Positions 46,363 through 61,269 of a DNA stretch of 64,000 nucleotides are shown piece by piece. Position numbers and translations under genes: made by a program. Where the stretch lies: contig NC_134025.1 in the NCBI RefSeq assembly GCF_964204645.1, forward strand, positions 5,952,001 through 6,016,000, given 5' to 3'. Source of the DNA: Tubulanus polymorphus (lineage: Eukaryota; Animalia; Nemertea). The notes under the pieces were generated by a model. That model ran no database searches and had not been told where the DNA came from. It saw nothing but the letters and a program-made list of their open reading frames with translations. The stretch's first letter is position 1. The number at the start of each line of letters is the position of its first letter.

Positions 46363-47079
46363 ATTGAACAACAGGTAGGAGTATGAATGACGATTGAATG
46401 AAGACGTCAATGAAACCCCCACTTCCAGGAGGTGCTGCCACCCCTAGGAGGTAACTGGTACTATTCCACCGGTACCGTTTTGTGGAACCTATCTAAATTA
46501 CCTGGAATAAAACGTTATTGGGTAAAATCATCGGAATCATCGACAGTAAATTTACATACCTTGATAACTCGTGAAAATGTTATAAATATTTGTAATATCG
46601 CGAGAGACAAACAATCGAGTCCATATGGGCGCAGCCATATTCGGATTGCGAAGCGGACAGAACGGCGTTCGTACTCACGTGCCAGTGCCACATTGATGAT
46701 CATCCCTTGCCTTGATAGGTGCGGCCGGTTTTTGGAAAGGACAATATTTTTGCTTACATATGATTAAAGAAATTGAATATTACATTATGGTTATAAGGCA
46801 GGTGCGAGAATGATTTTGAGGTTAAGGGTGAGCTTTAGGCTAAGAGTAGCCGATATTCCGTAAAAAGTTACAAGTCCTGGTGTTCTGCTATTTTTCGATA
46901 AATTTTCTTTGATCTTTCTTGAATTGTCCAAGTCCGGTACCTCAGTGCACAATCAACATCATCAGTAACCAATCTGAATGAGCTGTATGCAAAATAGCGT
47001 TTTACAATTATTATGGCCATCCGATATTGACAAAATATCACCAACTACTAAGCATTTTTGCAACTACTCGGCAATACGA

Positions 47080-47085
47080 TTTATT
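47080..47085 (-). terminator. Probable polyadenylation signal of the calmodulin gene
   Basis: AATAAA on - strand ~190 nt after the stop codon. Confidence 0.55.
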
Positions 47086-47275
47086 TAGTAGATAGAAAAA
47101 TGTACAAAGAACCATAAAAGGAACCGACGATAAAAGAAAACAAAAAGATTGAGAATTTAATACATTTACAATAAGGTGGAACAAAAAACACCGCCCCAGT
47201 GGTCCGATATCACGATAATGCAGTCATCTAGGAGATATAGTATCCGTCCACTTGTCCAGCAGCGTTAAGCATGAA

Positions 47276-49004
<1,729 letters not shown>

Positions 49005-50230
49005 GATTATGAATCGTCAGGTCACTATGTTGTATAAAGCGTGCTGGTTCCTCGTAGGTTGACAGGTGAAGTGCGGCCTTAATGCTGGACGGTACTGCTA
49101 GTGGACAATATGGAAACGAGGCTGCCGATGGCGCATAGATGACCCTGTCTCGATCTATGCCCGTTCTAGGTGTAAACGTTTCCAATATATGTTGTCATTT
49201 CATTTATGAATATTTCATGAGGGACCCTTTTGTTGATTGCTTGTAGGTATGGGGTTTGCTATATATACGTTGGACATCCCATTAGTAATTAAATGCCTTT
49301 ATATCGACTAATTGTCATCAATAGTGTCCACGCAATCGAATTAAGCCGAAAATATGAAATATTCATGATTTTCTGTTAGCAACCGACGGTGAACATTTAT
49401 CATAGAAATTGAGAACAAAATATAGCATGCATTTAAGTATTGGAACTTTCGTGAATCCAGCCTGTATTGCTTAAATTTGGTTCAAAAAACTGCTGACGCC
49501 CATGCACAACGATGCACCGCAGTTGCGAATCACTTCACAGGCCCGTTGGAAGAAAAACAGGGTTGGCCCAAAATCTTAAAAGAAGGAGGACCCCAAGCCG
49601 ACTTTTAAATTTCTAATGCCATTAAATGCCATCGATGAGGCACCCTAGAATGTAATCATCCCCTGCAAATAAGACGACTTTTTCAAATGACCAACAATAA
49701 TCTATTCGATTTTCCAAAACAGATGGTGTATTGTCTGAAATGAAAATGTTTGCGGTCAACCTTCATATCCGTAGCCGGGTTGCACATGGATCAACGCCGA
49801 CAATTTAAAGCAGGAATCGTCCGTATCTGGCTATTCTGAGCAGAAAATGTGTTTTTGGAGAAAAAAACCCCGGATCTAAATAAAACGGGGCATCCTAGCG
49901 ATCCCCTTCCGATGGGATCTTGCTTCCGAGGGCCGGCGCGTGGAGAATCGTTCTCTCGATTTCTGATACCAATATGTATATATCATAAATGAACAGACGG
50001 AAGCTAAGGCTGACGTCCGATCCAGCCGAGGATGAACGACGGTAAAATCAACATATTTTTCATTAAAATGTTGGTCCGCTTTAAGCTGCTCCGGTTCCGG
50101 AACTGTTCGATATCATACCATTCTTTCCAATCGTGATTTTGACTCATCAAATTCAGTATTTTTCAAAATCTGTTACTTCCCGAGCACGTTAGTCCTCCGT
50201 CGTGGTGGTTGTGTATATTCTTCAAAGCTC

Positions 50231-50827
50231 GTTCAAACCCAGTAATTGCTGATACTGATTCAGAGTGGTCCTGATGCTGAATAGAGAATGTACAGGGGTG
50301 TCCCAGGTTCAAACCCAGTAATTACTGATACTGATTCAAAGTGGTCCTGATGCTGAATATATAAAGGTTGTACAGGGGTGTCCTGAATCAGTTATCAGTA
50401 ATTACTTTTGTTAAGATATCAACATTTTACCGTACGGTGCTGCCCCTATGCTCATCGTTAGCGGGATTTTTATACACTAACGTTAGTCAACTCTGGCAAG
50501 CTAAGGTCACGGAGACTGGACAGCACGTCGATTGCAGAGTTGACTTTAGTTAGTGTATGAAAATCCCGCTAACGATGAGCATAGCGGCAGCACTGTACGG
50601 TCTAGACACCCCTGTACATCCTCTATTCAGCATCAGAATCACTCTGAATCAGTATCAGTAATTACTGGGTTTGAACCCGGGAACCCCCGTACATCCTCTA
50701 TTCAGCATCAGAACCACTCTGAATCAGCAGCAGTAATTACTGGATTCGAACCCGGGACACCCCTGTGCATCCTCTATTCAGCATCAGGACCACTCTGAAC
50801 CAGTATCAGTAATTACTGGGTTCGAAC
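50231..50827. mobile_element. Foldback-like element: inverted arrays of 75-76-bp units around a central hairpin
   Basis: Left array has 2+ units (period 76) and right array has 3 units in reverse orientation; central inverted repeat at 50429-50495 / 50535-50601. Confidence 0.8.
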
Positions 50828-51468
50828 CTAAGAGACGATCAGGAGGTCATCGGCTACATTTACCGAAAGCATGAAGAAAATAAAAACAATGATTTTTACA
50901 AGAGAAACACAAATCTCATGTAATTAATCATGTAATGTTAACACCAAAAGAAGGATACTGGGTGCCACTTTTAAAGTTAACTATTCAGGACTCTGCTTCT
51001 GTATATAAAAATCAAACCGATCATCAGTGGAAATATCAAATTAGCGGGTGGTGAAATATATATGCCGTCACAAAATATTGCCGAAGGGCACTTAAATTTT
51101 AGACCGTACGAACAATGTATTGGGCAATACGGTCTGGATCCGCCCCTGATGGCTACAGTGACAATCAAAAATATTGCGTAATTACTCTTCGGCAGCTCAA
51201 CACTCGCTTCTAACCGGTCAACAAGTGTCAGTGTGAAGTTAAAGTTGTAAGCTGTATTGCCAATATTCGATTATCATATTTTCCGGACATTCTCGTCTCC
51301 GCACAATGTTGGTGGGAATATTGGTTTGAAAAAAGAGGTGGATTGCAAGATAACAAAAAACCACTGACTGGTGAACTAACAAAGTTCAGACAGAGTAGCT
51401 AAACAGATAAAGAATTTTAATCATATTTATTCTCATACAACAATTATACAAAATGCCAGGTTTGTGCT

Positions 51469-53690
51469 CGAGGAATTATAACGTAAGCTCCTCAAACACG
51501 TGGACTGTATTTCAAAAACAGTCCAACCATGGACGCATAAACTATAAACTAGAGTTTATACATCCATGGTCCAACCATAGACTCTAAAACAGAAACGTCT
51601 ATGGCCTACAACCATGGACTCTCGAGTCCATGGCTCCCCGCACTAAAACCAGAGATAAACCTGGCCAAATACTCTGGAAAGCGTAGGATTAAGTAATCAA
51701 TCTGATTTACATTTTTACATCATTTTATTTTCACATATCATATTATTATTTTTTAGCTTATTTTCTCAAATTTTAATAGTAATTTCATTTCTTTTACTAT
51801 GAATGAAATTGTAATAACTCTAAACCACAAAAGTAACATGTAAAGTATTTCGAAGTTTTAATATACAATACATCTCCACTACTACTGATTTTATACAATT
51901 TGCATCAATAGGAAAATAACAAAAATACACAAAGAATTATAAACTTTTATCCATAAAACACAGAAAATTGGACTAGTCTGAAAGTCTAAGATTATGAATT
52001 TGACAATTCATGAGGTCAATATAACCGACACTTTGTTATATTTCATGAAATATGAATCTACCAAGTCAACTTTTCAAATGACATTTAATTATCAAGAAAA
52101 AGCTCAACTAGAATCGATACGACCTTAATTCAGCGTTTGAAGAACAATTGACATGAACATTTCGTTTTTGATTTTAAACAGTCTTTGATTTAATTTTCAA
52201 TAACATTATTTTAAAAGATAACTAGAGTTTTGCCACCTTTGCCTTGTCTTAAGAGATTTTCAGACATGATCAAATTGGTTATTTTCTCAAATGTTACATT
52301 TAATGCAAAAGTATTTTGGAGGCATTCTCTTCTATGCATTCAGCAAGATAAATCGAGTATATAAATATTGTTCAACTGTCAATTTGAATAGAGCCAGGGC
52401 AATTACTACATGTTTAATAACTTATTGCTTAGATATCTACAAATAAGTTAGATTCAATAATTTTTTGAGGTGCTTCTCGTGCAGATATTTCAGGACCCAT
52501 ATAGACATATTTAAGCCATGGTTTTAGAGTCCATATATAGCTAGCACAATTTAATGATTAATACTGTTCATATATCCTCATTAATCAAGAGAATGCTCTT
52601 CTATTTTGCTCGTCCATTTTCCATAAGGACCTTAATAAAAATAGTATTTTATGAACCACTGAAAAGCACCACAGTGAAAAAGTTGCAATACACGTAACTG
52701 AACAATTGAAAAGTTTTAACATGAATGACGAACATGTCGTTTTTTTTTAATGAGTTATTTAAAAACAGTTCAGAATAAAAACATGAATACATTACACCTA
52801 CAAATTCACTCACACTCTGGAGAGCGTAAGGTTAACTAATTAATCTTACTTATTACAAGAAAACTAAAAACATTGCCAAATTTTCCTTGTCTTTAAGAGA
52901 TTTCTTCAAACATTATCAACTAGCTTATTTCACAAATGTTACATTTGAAATAAAGCACGGGTCTGATCTAAGCACTAGTTCAATTGCCCGGGACAAGTAT
53001 ATTTTCATTAGGGCAAGTAGGTTATCATTATCGCTCATCCACCGGGCTTGTGTAATTCTATATCTCAAAGCTTTTATCCCACTCGATGCAAGGGATGATT
53101 GTGTCACAATCGGACTGCTCATGTAGGGCACGTTGAGGGGGCAAGCGATATTACATATTATGCTTGCCCTGCGGTCGAATGGCATTTATTCCTTAGATCA
53201 AACCCTGCAAACTATTATAAAGGAAATTCTTCTTGTCCAGACATTACAGGCCCCACACAGACGCGTTTAAACCGATAATCAAAACAAAGCTTGGACGATT
53301 GACCAATTAGCACTGCATCCACAAGTTATCCTCTATTTTCAACAGAGCCTTAATTAAATCAGTATTTTATGAACGACTGATAAGCACCAAAGTGAAATTG
53401 TTGCTATAAAACTTAACAACTGAAAAGGTTCAACATGAATGATGAAAATGTACATTGTTTTATTCACACAACAATAATATCTTAATCGAGGAATCATCAT
53501 GTAAGTTCCTAATTTACAAACACGTGAACTGTATTACAATAACAGTCTCTAACATAAAGCGTTAAAACTAGAGATGAAACATACTGATTCACTCCAGAAA
53601 TCTTGGAGTATCAATTTATCATTCTTAATTTATTTTTCGTAAACATTACTTTCACTTGAAAACTAGAATTTTGCCAACTTTGCCCCGACT
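51469..53690. repeat. Diverged local duplications (mosaic of paralogous blocks)
   Basis: 51469-51525 resembles 53488-53548; 52643-52737 resembles 53361-53450; 52200-52300 resembles 52885-52948 and 53641-53685. Confidence 0.7.
51528..51632. mobile_element. Three stacked mini-hairpin elements with CAT[G/A]GAC...GTC[C/T]ATG ends
   Basis: 51528-51568, 51576-51603 and 51613-51632; the first is flanked by a 7-bp direct repeat GTCCAAC. Confidence 0.6.
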
Positions 53691-56403
53691 TTCAAGCACC
53701 TTGGCATTAAATACTAACTGTTCTGACGTTTTTTCTTCCAGTTTCGAAAACATCAACATAATTATACAATGGGTAACTAATCGATAACATCAATAACGTA
53801 AGTTTATAGCTGTTTTAAATTCTTTCTAAAAAGTAAAATGTATGTACATGATTTTAGATAGTAAGTCTGCCCCGTAAGTCTACCCCAGTATAACAATAAA
53901 CAGTCACAGCAGTGATTGAGCGCAGCTAGTTCTAAGGACGGGTCGATCTTTCATCACAGTTATTCAAAGCATTCTATCATATCAGTTATTTTTTTAAGTG
54001 TATTCGATTTAGTTAAGGTTTATAGTTATTTGTTTTGTTTATTACAGTAACTGAGTTGATAGAATGCTAAAAACAACAACAGAAAAGATCTCGGGTTTTC
54101 GCTATACTTAGGGAAGGTTGTTCGATAAATGAGAAAACCTTGTTGATAAATAAATATTTGAAAAAATGCCTTTTCATGTAAATAGAGTTTGTATTGTTTG
54201 TATTGTTGCTTATTATTTTATCTATTTAAAAAAAAAATATTATTCATTTATTTATGAACTTGCAATTTGTATTATTTACTATCTATTATTTATAATTTTT
54301 TATTTATTGGTTTTTCTTATTTATTAATGTACTTGTATTTTGTATCATGTATTATTTATACTCCTCTATTTACAACTGCAGGCATTTTTTCACTGTAAAG
54401 TTCTGGGCCATTTTAGAAAAGCACTACTGATTCACTGCCGCTCCTAAATAATCATTATACACCCGATTTGAAGCTAAGTAATAATTAATGAGAGCCATCT
54501 CGTGATATGGATTTACCCATTACAATAAAAGAAGTTCAAACAGCTATAAACAATGTTAAAACGTTCAAAATTAGTCCTAGCTATAACTTTAGCTTTACCT
54601 CTCAAATGTAAATAATGGTCTCCTTTTAGATAAAGCTTTTGCTTTCAAATACGTAGCATCGAACAGATTGATGGAGGCTCAAAGTTACAACTCCATGTGA
54701 AAATCGACATATATGATTCATTTCTCAAATTGGTTACACGGGCCTTCCAAAATATCAATGCCGTCAAATTAGTACATCTTCAATTCTGCAAATACTTATT
54801 TGTACATAGAACGTTATGTTCTATGTTTCCTAACCATGTGATATCTACAGGGCAAAGCCACTGTGTTGACTCTGTTTAACTATGGTAAGCACAATAAAAC
54901 TTACAATATCATGTTGAAACTATATCTCAGTTTAGGCGTTAACTCAACAGACCTACGACTCAAAACTAGGCGCTCGACGGGACCATTTACTCCTAGTGAC
55001 TAACCAACTCGACTTATCTTTCAACCTAAGATCGAAGACCAATATTGTGAATTAATTGAGCTTAGCTTTTATTAGACTCTAAGAAGGATATTTCTGTCAC
55101 ATTGCAAAACACATGACACATCTTTTTACAAACGCATTATAAAATAGTTTTCTCTATATTGAAATATTCAAACATAGAGTTCCTTTCTCAGGCCAAAGGA
55201 ACCTAATTATCTAACTAATTATCTAACTATTTTCAATATTCGACTCAACAACTATTTTCATACTCCATTCCACGCAATCAGGTAAATTTTTTAAACTATG
55301 TTACCTATCAGACTGGTCTGAAAAAGGGTGATATTAGTAAAAAGAATCAATACTTTACTACAGAGGTCTTTGCCGCTGCTAGATCTCAGTGTTCAAGAGA
55401 TAAACCATTGTCTTTGAATCAGATTTTATAAGATAATCCATTGTCTTTGCTGCGCGAATCGGTGTTTATAAGATACACTATCATCTCTGCTGCTCCTGAT
55501 AAAATGTTTTATAGAAATCAACCACCGATTGTAGAAGATTCCATCGTTGAGTGATTAATCCGTCGCTGGCTCCTAAACTTCTCATCTGGGCTTCTGCAGT
55601 TTTCATCAGCAAATGGGTCAATGGGTATTTGTCTACTTGTGTCTTCTTCAGGCCATTATTTCCGGGATGTAGTTTGACTGAAACAAAGTGAAGAAAGCAA
55701 AACATTTTAGACAGATTTATCATAACTTACATGTCATTTCAAATTACAAGCCACCGTGTTTTTCACTTAGTTAATATAGTTATTTCCAAAATCAGAATTA
55801 GGTTCATTGACGTCAATTGCCGATTGAAACCCCAAATAATAATTGCAGTAGTAGGACTAGTTCATTAATGTTTAAGCTTGGAGTAATCATTTGAAAAATT
55901 TATTACTCCAAGGTGCAAGACTAGTAAAGATAAAAGTTCTAAGATCAGCCATGTGGACAGGTAAATAGATTTCGATGATAATCACTTATCAAATCATATT
56001 CATATGAGGCCTGAAATTTCTATATACCGGTAATTTCCATCTAATGAGTTTGATTCTTCTGTGGGTTGTTCAAATCCGTAGATTTCAGATGAGTAGTTGA
56101 TTTTAAGCTGGTCTCTTTCTTATAGTTGAAACTTAGCTGCAATGAGTAAATAAATATATCCTGTAATCACGACATTTAGAAATCATTGTAATAACTCCAT
56201 GTGTATCAAGTTACCTTTTATGATTGCTGGTTTCATCATCGACGAGGATCTCCTAAGTCGGTTGGTTTCTGTGCACTGTTTTCTCTAATTGGCAGATTTT
56301 TGATGAGTTGTTGACCTCAAGCTCTCGTTTGACTTTTCGAGTTGGTGTCCCTTACAAACCTACCACACCTGGCGGGAGCGATACGGCGGTTTTTTCAAAA
56401 TCG

Positions 56404-57188
56404 GAAATCGAAGTACAGATATAGTTGCGTGATCGGCGGTCGTTTTTACAGATCTTTTTTTTTTTAAGTCCAAGAACATAATTGGTAATTCGGTTCCGGT
56501 TCATTCAAACAATCTTTTATTCTGCCTAATTCTGATTTTGGAAATAACTATATTGTTGAAGATAATTTTACAATATTTAGTCTTTTTTAATGTAACTAGT
56601 CCGAAAGTTTACAATGTTTAATAATTTTGTCTAACTTCAATTTTTTTTGGTCGTTTTCACCGTTTAAATAGTCGAAGCACATATTAAGTGACTGATTGGG
56701 GTTAACTTTTTTTGTGCCTAATTTAATACATCGAGATTTTGGAAATAACTATATTTTACAATATTTGGTCTTTTTTTCATGTAACTAGTCCGAAAGTTTA
56801 CAAGGTTGAATAATTTTATCTATTTTTTTCTGCCTAATTTAATACATCGAGATTTAGGAAATAACTATATTTTACAATATTTGGTCTTTTTTTCATGTAA
56901 CTAGTCCGAAAGTTAACAAGGTTGAATAATTTTATCTATTTTTTTTCTGCCTAATTTAATACATCGAGACTTTGGAAATAACTATATTTTACAATATTTG
57001 GTATTTTTTTCATGTAACTAGTCCGAAAGTTTACAAGGTGGGAGAATTTTGTCTAACTTGAATTTTTTTGTCATTTTCACCGTTTACATTTGTCTAATTT
57101 TTTAAAGTTTATTGTAGTTTTTCGCGAGTATGTCTGAAATCGAAGTACATAATTGGGAAATTCGATTCCGGTTCATTCAAACTATCTT
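56404..57188. repeat. ~116-bp minisatellite (3 near-identical units plus 1 degenerate) bracketed by a direct repeat
   Basis: gcctaatttaatacatcgaga...gtaactagtccgaaagt units start at 56716, 56832 and 56949 (degenerate unit at 56524); gaaatcgaagtaca...ttccggttcattcaaac at 56404-56510 and 57136-57182. Confidence 0.88.
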
Positions 57189-60100
57189 CCAATCAGTCTG
57201 AAACGGCAAGCTGAAGAAAAGAGCAGAACCTTTTGAGCAGAAAATCCTTTGGAATATCACTGATCATAATTATCATGTCAATTCATATATAAGATCAGCA
57301 ACGTGGATCCATACGTAGATTTTAATAATAGTCTTAAATGATATTTATGAGATTCAACTCATATAGTAATTCATCTATATTCTAAATATCTAAGCAATGG
57401 TTGATTATTATAGTTTAACAACAATTCAACTAAAGCATCTATAGTCATCTCTAGGAATACCAGAGTTACAACAAATTTAGTAATGCATAATCAATCTTAT
57501 CAAATCGTTTTTGAACTGTTTTCTCTTCTATCTTCTTGAAATTCTTGATGTGTCTTTTATTGAAACCCAGGCCCATCATACAGTGCAAACCTGCTAGTAA
57601 TATTGGCCTATATATATTTCGATTGTCAGCTAAACCATGTTCGTATTATCAAATTTACTTAATCGTCAGTTAATAAACTTAAGAGATGTTTTCTACCCAC
57701 AGATGGCGACATCTGTACCCAGTGAATGGTATTCTAATCCATTTCATTAATTCTAAATATTGCTCCTAATATATACAATGATTTTGTAATTATGATAATA
57801 TAACTAACTGAAGAGTGAGTGCGCTGCCAGCATTGAGCACACTGATCCTATAAGTAACATGGTTCTACAGATTTAAGAAACCTCGAATCATTCCCACAAC
57901 TCGACAAATCCAGAATTCTGCAAAGCCTTAAAGATTCAATAAATCCCACGCACAAGAGACAGAGTTAAAACATACCCAGTATTCTTTATATATCAACCAA
58001 TATTGAATTATACTTATCAACCCCTATGGTTTAGATTTGAGCACTTTTACCTTATATGAAGATGCTGAATTAGATACCTAATCTATAAGTTAATTGATAA
58101 TGCCCTAGCTATAATTGAAATTGTCTCGGACAATATTTCATATGGGGCTTGAAATTTCTACACGAGAAGAATTTCAGATCCGGTACGAATTTGAATTAAT
58201 CACTATTTGAACTGCTAATTTTGCATCAGAGCTTTTGATACCTAGCTTAACTAACCCATAATCCCCCAAAACCTAACTGATTCAACAGATCCCACACACA
58301 CATGTGGCCCAGTTAGACGCAGATGACATTGCGCGATACAGTCGTCTCATCCACTGTGCAATTTTGAATAAGTTTCACTTATATTCATTATATTGAATTA
58401 ATTTTAATCAAATTCTAGGTATCTAAGCGAACCAATAATTAGTAATCATACTAGCTATATTTTAATAGTCAGTTGAACAATATTTATATGGAGCCTGAAA
58501 ATCTACATGAGTAGAATTTCAGATGTGGTGAATTTGTCACTATTTGAATTCATCAGAAATTAACGATAAAAAAGCATATTTTTAGTGGTAAATTAGAAAT
58601 TCCCTTAGCCGAATGGCTATTATATAGTTCACTGTGTATAAGGACCAAAAGACCTTGTTATGACCGGACCTCCCTGGTGTGGTGCGAGTCATGATGCTAG
58701 AAAATAGTTTGAAGGAGAGGGGTTAGTAAAAGAGAGCTATTAGCAAGAGGAATAAGACCTAAGTTTAGGATATCCTGTCACAATAAGGCTTTCAATCTGA
58801 TATACACAGTGAAATTGAAATATTCCCCCTTCCAAATCCAGGAATGTATTTGTGCACAGATTCGATCGGAAGTAAATCTGCGTTTTTGGCAATATGATTT
58901 TGGCAATATGTATCAAAACTAATACAGCTGTGAGAAGACACCATAGGTTCACTTAGATACAGATAAATAAATGTGCTCAGATACACATGTATCAGCTACA
59001 TTTTAAATGTCCATGGAATTAGAAATAATTTCACATAACAATTGAATTAACCTTAATCGATCTAAGTAATACGTTAATGAGTAATTTATCTTAGATTCTA
59101 ATTTTCAGTTAAACTATATCTAATATGGGTCACTTGACACACAGTATGGCTTTTAGATATTAATTGAATCAGTTAGGTTTGAGTAAATTTTGCAAATAAT
59201 GAAAAGCATGGGTAGTCGTCGTAAGCGCGGCAGTTGGCGTTACAGAACTGATCAGTCAATGAGACTGATTCACTTATAGATGTGCTCAAATATATTATAT
59301 ATTTCAGCTATATTTCAATAAATAGGCTATTTATGATATAAAAAGTTTTTGATCTAACATCAAATATTGAATTCATCTTAATTGTGAATATCTAAGCCAT
59401 TTTTCCTGGCTGTATGCTAATTGTCAGTCAAACAACAATTATCATGCATCAGCCAAAACAAGACGCAGTGTTTCAGGAATGAATTAAATCAATTAAAGCT
59501 TTGGTTTATTCTGGATTTATCAAAGTGTTCAGACCAAATCACTGTTTCATAAAGACCTGTAGTCCATAGTTTTCCCCATATAACACCAGACCTCGATAGA
59601 GCCCTAGACACTATCTTATGAAATTCATAACTGTTATGTGTGAGGCAGCACACAGTATATATTGTAAAATACCTCAATCTTAATAAATTTATCAATATAT
59701 TATTTGTAAAGAAATATCTATCAACCAACGATATAGTTTAATTGATATATCTTTTAGTAAAAATTGTCCTATCTAGATCTTGATTGTCAGTTAAACAATA
59801 GTCATATGAGGCCTGAAATATCTACGGTACATTCGAATAATTTCAAATGTCACATAAGATATTGAATTTACCTTAATTGTACGTACTTACAAAATCTTTT
59901 AATCAATAACTGACCAATCTACATTTTAATTATCAGACCAAAGAATATTTAAAGGACCTCACTCAATCATTTTGTCTAATATTGTAAATATTCAAGCAAT
60001 CATTGCCTAGCTATATTTCAATTTACTACCGGCCACAGAGCCTCAATAAAGTAGTGCGGAGATGGTGAGCTTGACCAGCGCCTATGCATTCTACCCCAGA

Positions 60101-60495
60101 TATGAAAAATCAACTTAGCTTTATGTATGTATGTATTCCTGTTGCCATGCGGGATGAGCCATGCAAGACTGCCAGGTTTGGTTGCGACAGGTCTTTGCGA
60201 CAGGTGTTTGGTGGTACTTCAAGGTGGAGTCTTTTGTGGGCACTTCTGGTGGGCAGATTTTAGATGGGCCTTTCCGGATTAACCTGAAATGAGTAAAAGA
60301 ACGATATTCTGTAGTTACACAATCCTTTCCGTATCACGCATCGTAATTTACATGTGTATCAATTAACTTTCAATATTGCTGAGTTCAGTGTTCTTTTTTG
60401 GCATCGTCTTCGTTGTAGTCACCTTCAGCATCTTCTTCAACTTCTTGGGAGTCCTGAAATGAAAAAAAAGAGAAGAGCGATGAAAACCTGGTACA

Positions 60496-61269
60496 GAACA
60501 AAACTAATGTTCGAAAGCTTTTCAGCTCTCCGTCGCCGGTCACATGCCGAGAACACCAGACAATGAGCCAGCCAGGAATATACTGCCCTCTACACGCCCT
60601 CACACAGAACGCGAAAACCAGAATGACAACGCCTCACATTCCCCATCTAACTGCAGGATGTACTGGGCGACGTCAGTAACTGACAAACCTGTAAAATTGC
60701 ACGAAACACAAATAGCGCAGTACAACCAGCTTGACCGGGTTGAGATTCAGGATCTCAACTAGCACTCAAAAGCGTGACAAGAGACTTCATCCACTGACCG
60801 AGGTTGTCACAAGGACACAATGAAACTAGCACTCACAAGCCGACAAGAGACTTCATCCACTGACCGGGGTTATCACAAGGACACAATGAAAACTAGCACT
60901 CAAACTAGAAATCAAAGAGCGTGACAGTAGAATCATCCCTCAGCCGACTCAGAATACCAGAAACAAAGAGCGTGACAGTAGAATCATCCCTCATCCGGGC
61001 GGTCACAAGGACACAATGAATGCTAGTAGCGTGACAATCCAGTATAACCGCTCCATTTGTATCCCGCGCAATCCCGCAGATATGCCCGTCATTGACATCA
61101 CTCAGCACACTTTGTAGATAGGTGGGGGCAGTGAGGCCTCGTCATCCTGGTTTTCGTGTTCCGTATGAGGGCGTGTAGAGGGCAGAATTTCCTGACCGAT
61201 TCTTTGTCTGACATCCTCGACACATGACCGGCGAAGGAGAGCTGACGCTTTCGGCCATTAGTTTTGTTC
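60496..61269 (-). repeat. Long diverged inverted repeat (arms 60496-60680 and 61088-61269) with ~65-bp tandem repeats in the spacer
   Basis: The arms align at roughly 78% by eye and share gaacaaaactaatg, cagctctcc.tcgccggtca and ctgccctctacacgccctca; the spacer has repeated gacaagagacttcatccactgacc / cacaaggacacaatgaa. Confidence 0.88.

Noticed and set aside
46363-46422. 20-aa N-terminal extension of atlastin in the ORF track
   Set aside because: Starts at GTG; the first ATG (46362) in a good context is preferred for a eukaryote.
50231-50827. tRNA gene array or CRISPR-like array
   Set aside because: T-stem and acceptor stem do not pair properly; units are contiguous with no unique spacers; eukaryotic context with no cas genes.
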